The notes below the pieces were generated by a model. It did not search any database. It was not told where the DNA came from and saw only the letters and a program-made list of their open reading frames with translations. 64,000 bases of DNA from Octopus vulgaris (taxonomy: Eukaryota): NCBI GenBank assembly GCA_951406725.2, contig OX597815.1, positions 102,114,001-102,178,000 of the forward strand, in the 5' to 3' direction. Position 1 is the first letter of the stretch, and every line of letters begins with the position of its first letter. The position numbers and the translations under genes were made by a program. Below, in pieces: positions 23,252-38,350 of this stretch.

Positions 23252-25754
23252 TATCGACAACTGCTTCGAAACCTCCGGTTTCTATATCCAGATTACAAAT
23301 TTTACATTTATAGCAAAAATAATTGGAACATTTGGTTCTGCAAGTGAATGCCTAAATTTCAGTCTGCATAAGATAAGATTTTTCAGAAAAAGAAAACGAG
23401 TCTATTCTTGCAGTGGGTGTCGTAACTCTCACCACAACAACGATGTAACTCCTCTATTATATTTCGTCAATTTTTATATATTTAATTTTTTTCTTCTTTA
23501 CTTTAGGGACGTGCGGTGATAAACATTACCAGAAAGAGCTTCAAGTCTGCTGCGGTGAAACTATACACTTCGTAATGGGAAATAGCTACTCGTGCTGTGG
23601 AGAAAAAAATTATGACTCAACTACCCATAAATGTCAAAATGGAAAGATCGTCGAGAGAGCATAATACCCCAGAGAGAATCGAATATTATGTTTATTACTA
23701 CCTACAAATGATTTTTTATTTATATTAATTATTATATTAATCAATAAATATTAAATATATCCCAAAATATATTGACTACAATCAGTTGTTTGAACTCCTC
23801 ACGTCAAATGTGACAATCAGTAAAGGATTGAAATTTATTTCTGCTTCATAAGTGACCCTGCAAGCCATAATCTCCTACACATAACGAGAGTATGAAATAT
23901 AAGCTTTTAAGTTCTTTTCTATTCATATACGTGTGTGAGTGTGTGCGTATGTGTGTATGAGCGTATGCGCGCGTGGGATGTAAGCGAAGCGATGTCTTCA
24001 TAGATCACGACTCCGGGGCACCCATTGCCTCTATAGTAAATGTTAGTTTCTTTTAGCAGCTGTCGTCAGAGAAACTTAGTGTAGAGGCTTGTGAAAAGAC
24101 AGTTTTAAATATATCATAGTTCTGTCAAGTCTTTATATTCCTTCTGTCTATCTGGTTTATTACAATACTCAGCTAAGTACTCCATAATTCAGGTTTTTCG
24201 ATTGCATTACATTATTCCGATAAGGATAATGGTTTCAAATTTTGGCACAATGACAGCGATTTCGAGGGAGGTGATAAGTCGATTACATCAACTGGTATTT
24301 ATTTTATCAACTGATACTTATTTTATCGACCTCAGAAGGATAAAAGCAAAGTCAACCTCGGCGGAATTTGAACTCAGAACGAGAAGACGGACGAAATGCC
24401 GCTAAGCATTTTGCCCCGAGTGCTAACGATTCTGCCAGCTCACCACCTTTACTCTGATAAACATATTAAGATGTTATCTATATTATTAAACAATTTATTC
24501 TCGTCAAACTTCCACCAATTCCGACAAAACATATGATTAACACTTTATTTCTTCTTTTCTTTATTCATATCTATATTTCCTTTTGGTTTTTATTTTGATT
24601 TCTCTTTCAATCTTTAAGTTGTATAAGAGTGAGCCGAATTTTGCTATTTATATTTCAAAAACTATCCCTGACATGGAAGTTCTTAAGAATTATGTAATAA
24701 TCTCGTTATGCAAGAATTACTGAAACGGCTGCAGGAACGCATTTTTGAAATATCACTGATATTGTTTCTTGTTCCTCCAAATGCATTTTGTCCCATTCAT
24801 GCGTTATCGCTTATTTCATAGTTTATGTAACATCGTACATGGACATAGATGTTGTATGAGATTGAAGACGTTAAGATCTTACACAGCACACCATGACGTG
24901 GTACACACCACCACGACGTGGTGTTTCTGTGTCTTGGTGTAACAAGTGGTGGCGTTACACTATAGCACGGGTTTGCCACTGTTACATGTTGGTTGGAATA
25001 ACGAAAGAGTCTTTTATAAACTTCACAAATAATTTGATGCAGTTCAGAATAGGTAGGCGATGATTTAGTCTCCGTTATAAAATACAACGATTGCCATACA
25101 TGAAATAAAACAACATAGCAGGCCACAACAAAGATGTGTGAGAGAATTTCGTGGTTAGGTTGGTCTGATCTGGTAGACAAAGTTGACGTACTGTTTGGTG
25201 GTGTGTGTAGAGGCAGCTGTTGGTCTGTTGGTCGTGTGATGTTCATACAACAATGATATAGACAGGCGTCTGGTGGAGAAGATGAAAGCGGAGACTGCCT
25301 AGTGTCAGATACAGAATTGCGTGTGACAGTGGCGTGTGCCAAAGACGTAGAGCAGTCGAAAACTGTCTTTCTTATAGCGATCAGTAGACTCCCACAGCTG
25401 GTGATTAATTTCCTGCGTAAGGAAAAATGAACTGTTGCGCCAACACGATTGGACAGCTGGAAACCGACCAATACAAATAACAGGTTCGTTTAATCATGAG
25501 GTCATGTGACCGCTGGAACGAAAAGGGCTTATGGAGCCGATATTCGGGTATTTAAGCCTAGATGAGTTAAAACGAAAACATCTCACGCATAATGACAGTG
25601 TAAATCACTTCTGCTACATTGGCGAGCAAGAATGTATGCAAGCATTTAAACATTTGTGTGTATATATCGTCAGTAATATTTCATGACCATCTTTCTAATC
25701 CCGTCTTAAGCCTTGATTTAAAATGATTAAACGGTAAATGCGCATATACAAATC

Positions 25755-25823
<69 letters not shown>

Positions 25824-25914
25824 CTCTATCTCTCTCTCTCTCTCTCTCTTTCCTTTCATTCTTAATCAAACAAATTTAATCAAGAATTTAACAAGACATA
25901 AGCTGTTATCAAAT

Positions 25915-28130
25915 AGAAGAACCACGAATACATCCAAATATGAATAATTAATGACACAACTATTAATGAAGTACTAATTAAATATAATTAAATTTTAAGA
26001 ACCAAAAATGTAGTAAAGAATAAAGGAAAAAATATCAGGAATATAACCAAAGGTTAAAGAATCAATATTTTTCACAAAAGATGGAAATATAATATATGGC
26101 AAAGATAAACAACCAAGTATATGACAAAATATACACTATTATGAACAGCCAAGAAATAATTACGACAAAAGTTGGAGATCAAAGAATATAACGAAAACCG
26201 AAGAAATAAAAATATAAATGTAAATGAATCACCAAGAAGAATACAACGAAAGGTGAAGTACTAAGTATCCAGTTAAATATGAAGAACTAGTCCTGAGTAA
26301 ATAATCACAAATGAAGAAGTAACAATATAACTAAACAGAAGGAACCAAGAATATAGTTAAACATTAAAAAGTAAGATTAGAATCAAATAGAAAGGACCAA
26401 AAGTATAACGAAAGGTGTAGAACCAGGAATAGAACTAAAATTAGAAAAGAAGGGAATTAACTTACACAATGAGATCGAAATGGAATGTCCATTAAAGAAA
26501 ATGGTCCAACGATGAAATCAAAACAAGGATAGGCACAGTAAAAAAAAAAGACGAGAAAAATTAAGATAACAACAAAAGATGACGAAAAAAGAATACGATA
26601 AATAATAAAAAGAAAATTTAAATGATAACAGTTACGTTGCACAGTCTCACCAAAGACGAAGAGCCTAGAGTATAGCATAAGATGCGAAACAGTGAATGAT
26701 ACTAAATGACAAATATAATGAACCAATACTTTTTCAACAAATATGAAAACCTAAAATACAACCAAAGATGAACGACCAATTATAAAACGAAAGACAAATA
26801 CAGGTGTTGGACAAAATAATTGGAACACGTGTTAAATTCAACGAATATTTATTTAATATGGAGTTGGTCCTCCTTTAGCTCTCTGAATAGCTTCGATGCA
26901 TCTAGGAATTGATTCATTGAGCTTCCTGACTTCATTGAGAAGGCTCTTGAGACATTCTTCCTGCAAAACTTGCTCCTGCTGTTGCAGACACGACGGTGGA
27001 GGGTAACGACTTCTAACTTGTCGCTGCAAGATGCACCACAGATGCTCAATAATATTAAGATCTGGAGATTGAGTGGGGCCACTCTATATGTTTTAGCTCA
27101 CTATTATGCTCCTCATACCAATTCTTAACCACATGAGAGGTGTGTATTGGAGCATTGTCATCTTGGAAGCTACACTCAAAATATTCAGATAATCATTGCC
27201 GTTGATCCTACCATGCTGGGCAACGATTGGACCAAGAAAATTCCAAGGAATGGCTACCCAAACCATCACAGTCCCTCCTCCGTACTTCACCGTAGGAAGC
27301 AGGCAGTCAGGATTTAGAGCTTCCCCGGACTGCCTCCACACATAAACTTGCCCTGCAGTGAGGAAAAGAGAAAAACTGGACTCGTCGGAGAATATTACTT
27401 GCTTCCATTGGTCTGTTAACCAGCCCTTGTGATCTCTACACCAGTTCAGCCTTTTCTGAATGTTTTGATGAGAAAGCAGAGGATTCCTGATGGCGGCTCT
27501 TCCCTGATATCCGGCTTTATTGAGCTCACGGCGAACAGTTTTGATCGAAACCGGACTAGTCAGATGTTGATTCAACTCTGCTTGCTACTTTAGAGCAGAT
27601 GACTGGTCATTTTTCATCACAATGCGATTCAATACTCGTCGGTCTCTTTCAGTGAGCTTCGAAGTCTTACAGGACTTACTCCTCCTTTTGGAGCTTTTTC
27701 CCTGCTTCTCAAATCCAGTTATGGTCCTTGATATGGTAGCTCTTCAGAAACCAAGGGGTTCAGATATTCTGGTGATGGAACCTCGTGCCATTCGAGTTCC
27801 AACAATTTTCCCCTTTTTCGAACTCAGTGAGGTCACATATCTTAGCTTAATTTATACTACGATCTGAAAGAGACAGAAATACTCATTGGATTAAATAAAT
27901 AAAACCATCTACAATACAAAATAACACTCACAATGAAATGTGGATGGATATTCGAAATATAATGGCTCATTGAAATATTGGAATTAAATTTCTACAATTC
28001 CAATTATTTTGTCCAACCCCTGTATATACCCAAACATGAAGAACTAACGATCTGACAAAAATTAAGAACTGAACATCTAATGAAGACAAAGAAGAACAAT
28101 ATAATCAAAGATAAATATATATTCAAAAAA
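25915..28130 (+). repeat. Highly degenerate A-rich minisatellite (about 25-26 bp unit), split by Tc1
   Basis: Recurring variants of GATGAAGAACCAAGAATATAACCAAA over 25915-26800 and 28023-28130. Confidence 0.6.
26801..28022 (-). mobile_element. Tc1 (DD34E) transposon with both TIRs and a decayed transposase
   Basis: 25-bp TIRs CAGG(T/G)GTTGGACAAAATAATTGGAA, TA TSD; peptides WKQVIFSDESSF, PTVKYGGGTVMVW, QSPDLNIIEHLW, KGGPTPY*. Confidence 0.95.
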
Positions 28131-29088
28131 ACATCTTGACCTAAAACTTTTTTAAAAAGGCATATCAACGAAAGGCTCTTTATCTTTGAATTCGTTTAGG
28201 TGGCCAGACAAATTCTAAATCTTGCAAAACTATAATTTTAATCAACAGATATGTATGTGTATATATGTATGTGTTTGTGTATTTGCTATATATACATGTA
28301 TGCACGTCTTAGCCTTTTTTTTTTGTTTCTTTTATTTGAATTCTTCGTAGAAGCGGGGAGTTGGTTCTAACGAAGAAACAAAAGTTTCATCAATAGAATT
28401 TGAATGAAGTAACGAAGATTGTATATCGAGCTATAAGAAGGACATATACTTTTCCTGTTTTATTTACAGATCGTATCCATACCTGCTGTTTTGTCATTTG
28501 CCCATTGCCACAGAACTTGAAGGTGGGTCTGGGATAGTGTGTCTTGATATGCGCGTGACATGGGTTTAAATAAATGAGGGTTGCGCAACATCGTCTGCTT
28601 CACTCTTTTGTCCTTTCCTATCTGATTCCAGTGACAGGACGAAGTCAAGACAACTAGAGATAGGTCAAGATGCAGTGGGTGGTCACAATGTCCTTTGTCT
28701 CACTGTACCCTATTCGCAATTTACAACGCTTATTGGTTCGCCTTCTTGTCCGTTGAACCAATCTAGTAGTTTTCTCTGCGCAGTCCTCCGAGTCCAGTCT
28801 CCATATGGATAGGTAGACAAATCTTAGCTCACCAAGGGTTAAAAGTCGTCGGTTACCCTCACCATGGTTTAGCTGATCTGTGGAAACCGTTGCCCAGCGT
28901 GTGGCCACTGGAGCCACAAACTACTCCAAAGGGTACCACATGTTCCCCCGTCATTAAATTACATTTCATTATATTTACAGATTGTATATGTGACATTCGT
29001 ATGTACCAGTCTCTTTTTTCGCTTGAAAGTCCCAACTTTTCCAAGTTAGACACTAACATAGCCAAGTGCACCAATGACTATTAGCATA

Positions 29089-29915
29089 CACTGGCGAAAA
29101 TAAATTTAAGACCGATGATAAAAGTTCTATTTCTTACAAAATATTTGTTACTAACACCATACAAAATTATTTTTATCTTTTGCACCTTATGCAGAATTTA
29201 TTTCTCTTTCGAATGATGCAGACGGTAACTATTTTTTTACAATTTGAAGAATTCTAATGCTAAATTAATATAAACGTTTCAAATTTACCGGCAAAATTAG
29301 TTTAAGACCATGTAATATGTATGCAATTTTTTTTTTTGCCAAAATGGGTGGTCACACAACTAGCCTAACTGCACTATATAGTGTTATAATTTAACGTTAT
29401 TATACAATTGATTAACAATGGGAAAACAACGTAGCCTCAGTCCAGTCACGAGAGCAAAAATCGTATTACTCCACCAGCAAAAAGTTTCCTTTTCGAACAT
29501 CAGCAAGCAACTAAAGTGCAGTGAAACGGCTTGCGTGCAAGCGTGGAAGTTATACTCGGAGACTGGTCAATATTAAGATCGGCAAAGGACTGGCGCCCCA
29601 AGAAAAACGACGGCGCAGTTGGACCGTCGAATCCACCGACTTTCGGAAGGCAACCGAATGCTGACAGACATTGACATTTGTAAACAATTGTCCAACGAGA
29701 ATGGTTTTATTTTTACACCACAAACCGTCCGCAACCGTTTGAGAGAATTTGGACTACATGGACGAATCGCTAGGAAAAAGCCAATAATATCCGAAAGAAA
29801 TCGACTCAAACGCCTTAATTTCGCAAAAAGCCAAGCTCAATGGCGCAAGATCCTTTGGAGTTACGCTTCTGTATATTTAGATCAGATGATAAAACATACA
29901 TCAGACGTCGCCCAA
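29089..29915 (+). mobile_element. Tc1-like element 5' half with IR/DR-type terminus
   Basis: TA|CACTGGCGAAAATAAATTTAAGACC repeated as ACCGGCAAAATTAGTTTAAGACC about 200 bp inside; ORF from 29418 MGKQRSLSP...(stop)...RTGAPRKTT...TVRNRLREFGLHGRIARKKP. Confidence 0.85.
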
Positions 29916-30249
29916 TGTATGTATGTATGTATTATGTATGCATGCATAATACATATACAAGGCGATTCGGAAGTCACTTTAACATTTAAATGATATATAA
30001 AACAAACGAAAGCAATAGATAAACAAATAAATAATTACAAAAATGTAAAACTACATGAGCTCATGTATTTATCATAGCTGTTAGATAACAACATAACATA
30101 AAGGAAAAATTATTTGGTAGATCATTTGAAAACTAAATCATACTGAAAAGGTCACAGGAAAAATGTGACGAAAAATTTCACGGGAAAAAAATTTAACTAA
30201 GAAACAACAAGCGGTCAGAATTTGTATAGGTTTTAATAATAATTATTAT

Positions 30250-30882
30250 TATTTCAAATTTTTTTCCACAAGGGCAGCTTGGAGGAGGTAAGGATGAGTC
30301 AATTACATCGACCCTAGTGTTTCACAGGTACTTAATTTATCAACCCCAGAAGGATGATAGGCAAAGTCAATTTCAGTGGAATGTAAACTCAGAACGTAGC
30401 AACGGGCGAAATACCACTAAGCATTTCGTCCAGCGTGTTAACGATTCTTATTTCTTTACTTCCGACAAGGGGCTACACACAGAGGGGACAGACAAGGAAA
30501 GACAAACGGATTAAGTCGATTATATTGACCCCAGTGCGTAACTGGTACTTATTTAATCGACTCTGAAAGGATGAAAGGCAAAGTCGACCTCGGTGGAATT
30601 TGAACTCAGAACGTAGCAGCAGACGAAATACCGCTAAGCATTTCGCCCGGTGTGTTAACGATTCTGCCAGCTCGCCACCCTTTTAATAACAACAACAACA
30701 ACAACAACAGCAACAACAATAATAACGATAGTTTCAAATTTTACCTCAAAGGGAGTAAATATGGGGGAGGAGATGAGCCAATCACATCGACCCTAGTGTT
30801 CAACTGATACTTATTTTATCGACCCCGAAAGGATGAAAGGCAAAGTTGACCTCGGCGGAATTTGAATTCTGCCAGCTCGCTG
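30250..30882 (-). mobile_element. Cluster of three SINE B copies
   Basis: Three occurrences of the GAAAGGATGAAAGGCAAAGT.GACCTCGG domain. Confidence 0.85.
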
Positions 30883-30886
30883 TCTG

Positions 30887-31166
<280 letters not shown>

Positions 31167-31168
<2 letters not shown>

Positions 31169-31400
31169 AGAGCACTCAGAGAGCGTAAACCTCCGAAAAG
31201 GCAACACCAACGTCCTCTCAGCGATTAGTCAGAGATGACTTTTAAAATGAGAATATCTGAAATAAACGAGAATGCTAAAAATGAACCCGACCGCTCTCAA
31301 AAATTAAGTAAAAAAAAAAAAAACGAAAAATAATCCAGAATCTTTGACAAACAAACATGACTGAAAACAATACCTCCGCCTTCACTAAGGCGTAGGCAAT
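31167..31400 (-). mobile_element. DINE-1/Helentron-like non-autonomous element
   Basis: Terminal hairpin GCACTC-AGA-GAGCG, subterminal ACCTCCG repeated at both ends, inverted copy ACCTCCGCC..GGCGTAGG. Confidence 0.55.
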
Positions 31401-31403
31401 TAT

Positions 31404-32660
31404 GATTTCTTTTATTAACCTCAAGGGTTTACATTAAAAAAAACATTATGAACAGTACAGGACAAAACAAAAAGAAATGTGTGTGTGTGTGTGTGTAGTG
31501 AGGGTTTTGCGTGTAAAAAAGACTAACGAAATTTTAAAAAAAAACATCAACGATGTGTAATCCTCAATATGAAGGAGACGTTCGAGGGCTACCCATAGAA
31601 AAAAAACCCATAAAAACCATGGGTACCCTCACTCTTAGGGCAGGTGCCTTTTTTCCTTTTTCTTTTTTTCCAACAACAGGCGTATACTCAGGGCAGGCCC
31701 GTTCACTTGCACCATTCTCACAACTTTCATCCACCTTTCAGCAAACTGGCTTGAAGACCACACTTACCTCCCTACCCTTATTTCCCTTTTAAACTGAAAC
31801 TTGAAGAAGTTGATTAGAGATTGGCCAAAGAGAAAAGTGTTTGTCTTCAGCTCCTTTACCTTGTCTATCATACAACCTCTTTCGCCATGGCCACCAGGCA
31901 TATAAAAACAGCCTTTCCTTCCCGGCTAAAGGAAAGTGGAGACGCGATCTTCACGATGGATTCAGTTGACAGTTGGATCCGTCCTACACGCGATAGCGTG
32001 TTCTCGTCATAAACGCACAGGTCAGCAATGCTCGGGCACTGGGCGAGTGCATACAGGACCGCCTCGTCGTCCTCTGCGCATCTTGGACATGCTCAGCTGA
32101 CGACACTTCCGGTACCTGTAAAGTTTATCTCGAACAGGCAAAGCTCCTCGGTAGCACTGTCAGGCCAGAGATTTTTGGAAATTATCCATCGGTCTCAGGC
32201 CGAAAGATCTCCGGAAAAGAGCGACTAGCTGATCTTCTTCGACACCCAAGGTCTTCCCAAGAACGTCGTCGCATTTTCCCTCCACTAATCCTCTATAAAA
32301 AGCTAAAGTGGACGTTTCCCCTATCGCAGAGTCTGATAGGCAGAGGACTGTGAGCGCTTGAAGACATTCCGCTTTCCAAATGCGCCCTCTTGGTCTCTGT
32401 TTTACCCAGGACTGCAGCTCTGTTAAAGAAACTAGCTACGGAAATACGTATCTGGCGAACGACGACCTCACCTGTTCACCGTCAAGGAAGCACTGGAGAT
32501 GTCGTAGCCTCAGTGCATGTCTGCACATCATTAACCACAGCATGCCCAGACCACCATACAGCGGCTGTTGACAGCAGATACACCGCCTGACCATTGGCAC
32601 GCGTCCCTTCTACAAGAAGCGAAAGAATATATGTTCCAATGTAACCAGACGGTGGCCGGG
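31404..32660 (-). mobile_element. Tx1/L1-like LINE 3' remnant
   Basis: Minus-strand WPDSATEELLPVRDKLYR region, homologous to 57323-58460; AATAAAAGAAATC 3' end. Confidence 0.7.
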
Positions 32661-33132
32661 ACAAGGCATGACGGTCAAGCGATAGTAGATGACGGACGCG
32701 ATATAGACGTTAGCCACCTCTGCTCCACCTTTCAGAGATAGCTTTCTCTCGGACCATTTCTGGATGAGAGTAGTCACCCTGCTCGTTACCTCGTCCCAGT
32801 TTTTGTCCGTCTGGAGGTCCGGACCGAACCAGATCCCAGGAGAACCATGTCTCAGAGAAATCCAAAAGATTCTGCTGACAAGTACTGCCCATATCCTTAG
32901 AAAAACCCTATCCTTTTAAATGTCTGTGTTGTATTACATAAAGATATTCTGCTACTACCCCCTTTGCCTCCTCAAGCTTTCAGTCATGCTGTGACATCTC
33001 TTACCCTTCACTCGTCCTAGGACGCTGGGTGTGTCTCGGCAAGTGACTGTAACAAACATGCAGGTTAAAAGTTAAAAAATAACAACAACAATAATTATGT
33101 AGTCACATGCACACACACACAAACAAACATAA

Positions 33133-33178
<46 letters not shown>

Positions 33179-33613
33179 GTGTGTGTGTCTGTGTGTGTGT
33201 GTCTGTGTGTGTGTGTGTGTGTGTGTGTATTACACACACACACACACACATCTTTGATGATGTGTTAAATGATGTTAATGATGTGTTAATAAGAAGGCAA
33301 AGAAATCATTTAACACATCATTAAAGATTTCCATGTCTTATAATTTGGATTACATTTTACTCTTCGCTACACCCACATAATAGTTTTACCCTTGAAGAAT
33401 TTCGGTATTAGTCTGGAATCCGACCATGTTGATAGCCCAGAATTCGGATTGAGAGCTTCTCTAGAAATGCCCCATCTTTATACTCTACCAGGACCTAATA
33501 CGTGTGTGTTTATATAAAAGTTTCTTCATAAGTTTAAGAAGGACCATACACGACGCTTAAGTCACTTTACTTACTTCACAGCTAATTTGCATACATACAT
33601 GCAAACATACGTA

Positions 33614-33663
<50 letters not shown>

Positions 33664-34013
33664 TGTGTTAGTGTTTGTGTCTTCCTCTCTCCTCCTTGAA
33701 CTACTTGACAACCAGTGTTGGTGAGTTTACACCTTCATTACTTAGCAGTTCGGCAAAAGGTCCGTTAGAATAAATACTACACTAAAGAAAAAAAGTAATA
33801 AAAAGTATTGGGCTTTATTTGCTCAACTAAATCCCTCAAATGTGGAACCCCAGTATAGCTACAGTTCAGTATCTCTGTGTATATGTGTATGTGTATATAT
33901 GTGTGTGGGTGTACCCATACAGAAGCACTCACACACTCACGCACAACCATATACGCACACACACACACACGCATACATACACACACACACACACTCACGC
34001 ACAACCATACACG

Positions 34014-34079
<66 letters not shown>

Positions 34080-34594
34080 CGGAGACATTTCACATATATT
34101 ATGCCTGCATATAAACATCTCAGCTTTTTGCTTCAGATCAAATGCATAGAGGAAAAGAGAGCTATAGTAGGAGTAAGGACAAGAGAGGGGGGAAGAGGCA
34201 AGAGAGTGTAGGGATAATAAGACAACAAAGTAGTTAGGGAAGTAAATAATTAATTTCCTTCCCCTCTTCTCTCATTTTGCAACACCCTTTCCTATTCATT
34301 CTCTCACTCTCTCTCCCCCTCTTATAAATCATATGTGTGTGTATGAGTGTGTATATAAATGTACGTACACACTCACGATAAATATGTGTATCTATGTTTG
34401 CATAATGTATGCTGCATATTACTTGAGCATACATCCACATGCACCCTCACGCGGTCCAAACTGTGATTGGTTAAATATGAAAGTCAGTCAAATAATCTAA
34501 ATATACCATTGCAACTTTTTTACACCCACACACACACATAAGGCAACACCCGCCTAACCATCTACCGCCATATCTACCTGCGCGCGCGCGTGTT

Positions 34595-34634
<40 letters not shown>

Positions 34635-35118
34635 TGTGTATTCGCGCGCCTTTGTGCGCATGTGTATTTGGGGTAAATGGGTGTATTTTGCTAATGAATG
34701 TCATAAATATGTGTGCGTGAGTGTGTGTGGGGGGTGGGGTGCGTGTGTGGGGGGGGTGCGTGTGTGTGTGTGTGTGTTTTGAATTATTGAATGTAATTGT
34801 ATAAGTGTGCTTAAGTGCTTGTATCTGTTCTTAAGTGCGTGCGTGTGTGTGCGTGTGCTTGTGCGTGTGCTTGTGCGTGTTGTGTGTGTGTGTGTGTTTG
34901 TGTGTATGTGTGCATGTTATGTGTGTGTGTGTGTGTGTGTAAATAAACTGCTCGGCTTTTAACAGAATCAGTTCGAAATCAGTGAATGCAAACGTCAGTA
35001 AACGGAACTGCGAGAAGGTTTTTCTCATACGTTTAGCATGTACCTTGTCAACACTACCACCAGTTTATAGTATACCTTGGTTAGTTGACTGTTGACAGTA
35101 ACAGGTTAGCGTTAAAGA

Positions 35119-35289
35119 ATGCCTGCTACCATTATTTCCCTGGTGCTGCTAACAGGGGCGATTGCATCAACCATAGACGCAGCTTATTCAAACAAAGATA
35201 CCCGATTTTTTAAAATTGCAGCTTTTAATATACAAATATTTGGTCCCACTAAATCGTCGAAAGTTGATGTGATGGAAATTATAACACAA
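35119..35289 (+). CDS. DNASE1: Deoxyribonuclease I family protein, first coding exon (signal peptide and mature N-terminus)
   Basis: MPATIISLVLLTGAIAS hydrophobic signal, then FKIAAFNIQIFGPTK..IITQ (human LKIAAFNIQTFGETK..IVQ); phase-0 donor CAA|GTAAGT at 35290. Symbol denotes family, not proven orthology. Confidence 0.93.
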
Positions 35290-35548
35290 GTAAGTCCCTT
35301 ATCAATTTCTGTGCGTGCACGCACGCGTGTGTGTACGTGCGTGCTATACAGGAGTGAACGATTAGACGGTACTGATAGGCAAATGTCTTTGTTGGGAGAG
35401 AGCATATTTCAGTTATGTATGTATGTATGTATGTATGTATGTATGTATGTATGTATGTATGTATGTATGTATGTATGTATGTATGTATGTATGTATGCAT
35501 GCATGCATGTATGTATGTATACACACATAGGTATGCATGTATGTATTT

Positions 35549-35623
<75 letters not shown>

Positions 35624-35624
35624 G

Positions 35625-35706
<82 letters not shown>

Positions 35707-37689
35707 CAGGTCGATAGATTGATATGTATACATATACATGTACATTCGTCTGTACTTCGTAATATAAATACATAATTGTAACCGTATATATTTAGATTCG
35801 ATAGGAAATCAGGCTCCCTGGTTGACTTCTCCTTAGCTTGAGATTCTGGATCGAATCGACTGAATTTATTGTTACTTGATATCACATTAAGATCCTTGTT
35901 GGAATATCCAATTTTTCAAGTCGATGAATCGTTATAATTTCCTGCTTTGTTGATTAAGAATTGTTTTTATAGGCGGGAAGCGAGTACAATGATACGCTTA
36001 ACTAGCTTTACAATGCCTCATTGAAAACAATCGTTTTGTGGGGAATTCTCTGTTCTTTCTCTCTCTTTATTTATTTGTAATTACAAGAAGACAAAATTAT
36101 TTTTAAAAATTCATTGTTATTGTTTATATTTCGGTGCGAAGAGCAGTGGCTTGGCAGACACGATTGTTAGTTATCTCCCTTGGCATATTTTGCTCCATTC
36201 TTAATTCGCTAACATAACCACAATTCAAACACAGAAATGGATTTAATCCAATCTTTTGGCCTGGTGCCTACTTATGAATTCTTGCCTAGAATATATTTTA
36301 GCCGCTTAAAATCTTTTCCATTTTCCAATCTTTTCGATTTTTGCTTTCTTTAGTTGCGGCCAGAATCACAGCATGTTTTCAGCATGTTTTCAATTTATGA
36401 AGCTCTCTATGTTTACGCCTTTAAAATATATTTTAATCGAAATCTTTGAAATTATTGAGTCATGTCTGGCTTTCCTTGCACACGACTTAACTATAGTCCT
36501 GGCTAAAGCGTAGATCGAACGTGTACAATCTTTAATTTTGTTCGCCGTTCACACCTCTCCACGAATTTGATATTGTGATTGCTTGTATCTAAACTGTAAC
36601 AATATAAAAAGAGGTGGTGGCGAACATGAGTGGCAACAACCTGGAGTGTAGTATAGGTGTCGGTGAGGATGGACTCAACATTTTTTTCAGGTGGACTTGC
36701 CGATTAAGGATAATTTTCAAACTTCCAAAATTTTTATAAGTCCAACTTCTAATATATTAATTATCGTTCTCTTTATGGCCTTCTTCTGACAATGGCAAAC
36801 AGATAGTTTTCTATTTAGTCTATTTTCAAAGGTGAAATAACTAGTATGATTGATTGGCGGATTTTTAATGATTCAAAACTGAGATTTCATTCTCTGATGA
36901 AACTCTAGCCAACTTCTTTTAAGTAGCCCTTCAAGGAGAGAGAGTGTAAAGAAAATGGGTACCAGTAAGTGGATGTTACTCTAACATAAACACACACACA
37001 CAAACGCACACACACACACATACACACGCAAGTGCGTGTGTGCTTATGTATGTACATATGTATGTGTGCATGCGTGAATGTAGTTTACCAGCTATGTATG
37101 TGTACATATATTCGTTTAAAATTTTTGCAAAAGGCCAGCAATTTCCAGATACAGACAAACATGTCTCTTGTTACAGATAGATAGATAAGACAGACGGACA
37201 AAGAAGGCGACAATCTTCTTTTTGCCGAGTAGCACCACATTTTGTGCTTCGTTTTGTCCTTATTAAAGATGCAGTGACTCCTTATCTTAATATCTAAGAT
37301 GACTTGCAAAGTCTGTTGTTGACTTACAGAAGTGTACAATTTATGGGCTATCTTTCAATTAACATTTATATTTAAATTGACTTCGACCAAAGATAATTTA
37401 CAAGCTGGGCTCTTGAAAATTTTAATTTATCTGTTAACCAGTCCAACCTTAGATCGAGCGTGATATATGCAGGTACATGTTAAATCTTCCTTTTTTTTAT
37501 TGCCCGGTCTGTGTTGCATTTTCTTTTATCTAGTATGCTGCATAAAGCAACTTTGTACGGTAGATAGTTTCAGTTACCATTGTTCCACCACTCTCATTAG
37601 TCTGCTTACTCCTTCCGTACAATTTTTTGTTAATCTTTCCCAGCTCTTAATTCTAATTCCTATTTCTCTTAGGTCAGGCCTCAATTTAT

Positions 37690-38350
37690 AAATTTCTTCA
37701 TAGGCTTGCTTTGAGGCTTCTTACAGTCCATTAATACTCTATTAAAAAGTTTGCTTGGGGAACCTACAATCCTTTAGCTCTGATAAACTGACCAACCCAT
37801 CTCAATCTACTCACAAGACAACTTTTTTGGCTTAGTTTCTTGGATCGTTCATATACTTCCGAAACGGACGCTATATTTTTCCAAGATATTCCTAATAAAA
37901 TACCTTAGTGAATTCTGAGGAAAGCCGTCCATGTTCCATGTCCTCAAAGAAGGATTGTAATGACACAAAGCTCATAAACACTCAGTACTGCGTGGCATTA
38001 CTATTAGCAGTAAGTACTTTTTGATCATACTCAAGCTCCCAACAGCTACAAGTAAGGCAAATGTCTCGATCGAACCCTGTTAGTTTCATACCAAATACAA
38101 ATATTCGCGGCACACGGTGAGGGCTCCCTGGGACAGGAAGGTTTATAACTTTATCACATTTGTTTTTGGTAAACTTTATCTTGAGTCTCATTACGGTGTG
38201 GATATCCAGAAATCTATCGATAATTTCCTGCAGGTCATTTGCTGAAAGTGAATCCAGATCACAATTAATAGCATAAAGTGGATGTATGATTGCGAATGAT
38301 TTAGTTTCTGCTTTGAAGAATCGTAAGACAAAATACATGTGGGACAATCG
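37690..38350 (-). mobile_element. Decayed RTE-like LINE
   Basis: Minus-strand LGISWKNIASVSEVYER..SRLRWVGQ..RFPKQ. Confidence 0.6.

Noticed and set aside
24797-25471. 224-aa minus-strand ORF
   Set aside because: No recognisable domain or canonical ATG start; probably the interior of an unclassified DNA element ending near TTAA at 25570.
35064-35074. TATA-like TTTATAGTATA about 50 bp upstream of the DNase I ATG
   Set aside because: Weak match in AT-rich DNA; the TSS is unknown and an upstream non-coding exon is possible.
35290-35550. ORF-track extension of DNase I exon 1 to 143 aa
   Set aside because: Read-through past the GTAAGT donor into intronic microsatellite.
36894-36955. CTGATGA followed by an ACTCT/AGAGT stem
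   Set aside because: No properly placed GAAA or NUH. Isolated CTGACGA hits near 24065, 25670 and 56805 were dropped for the same reason.
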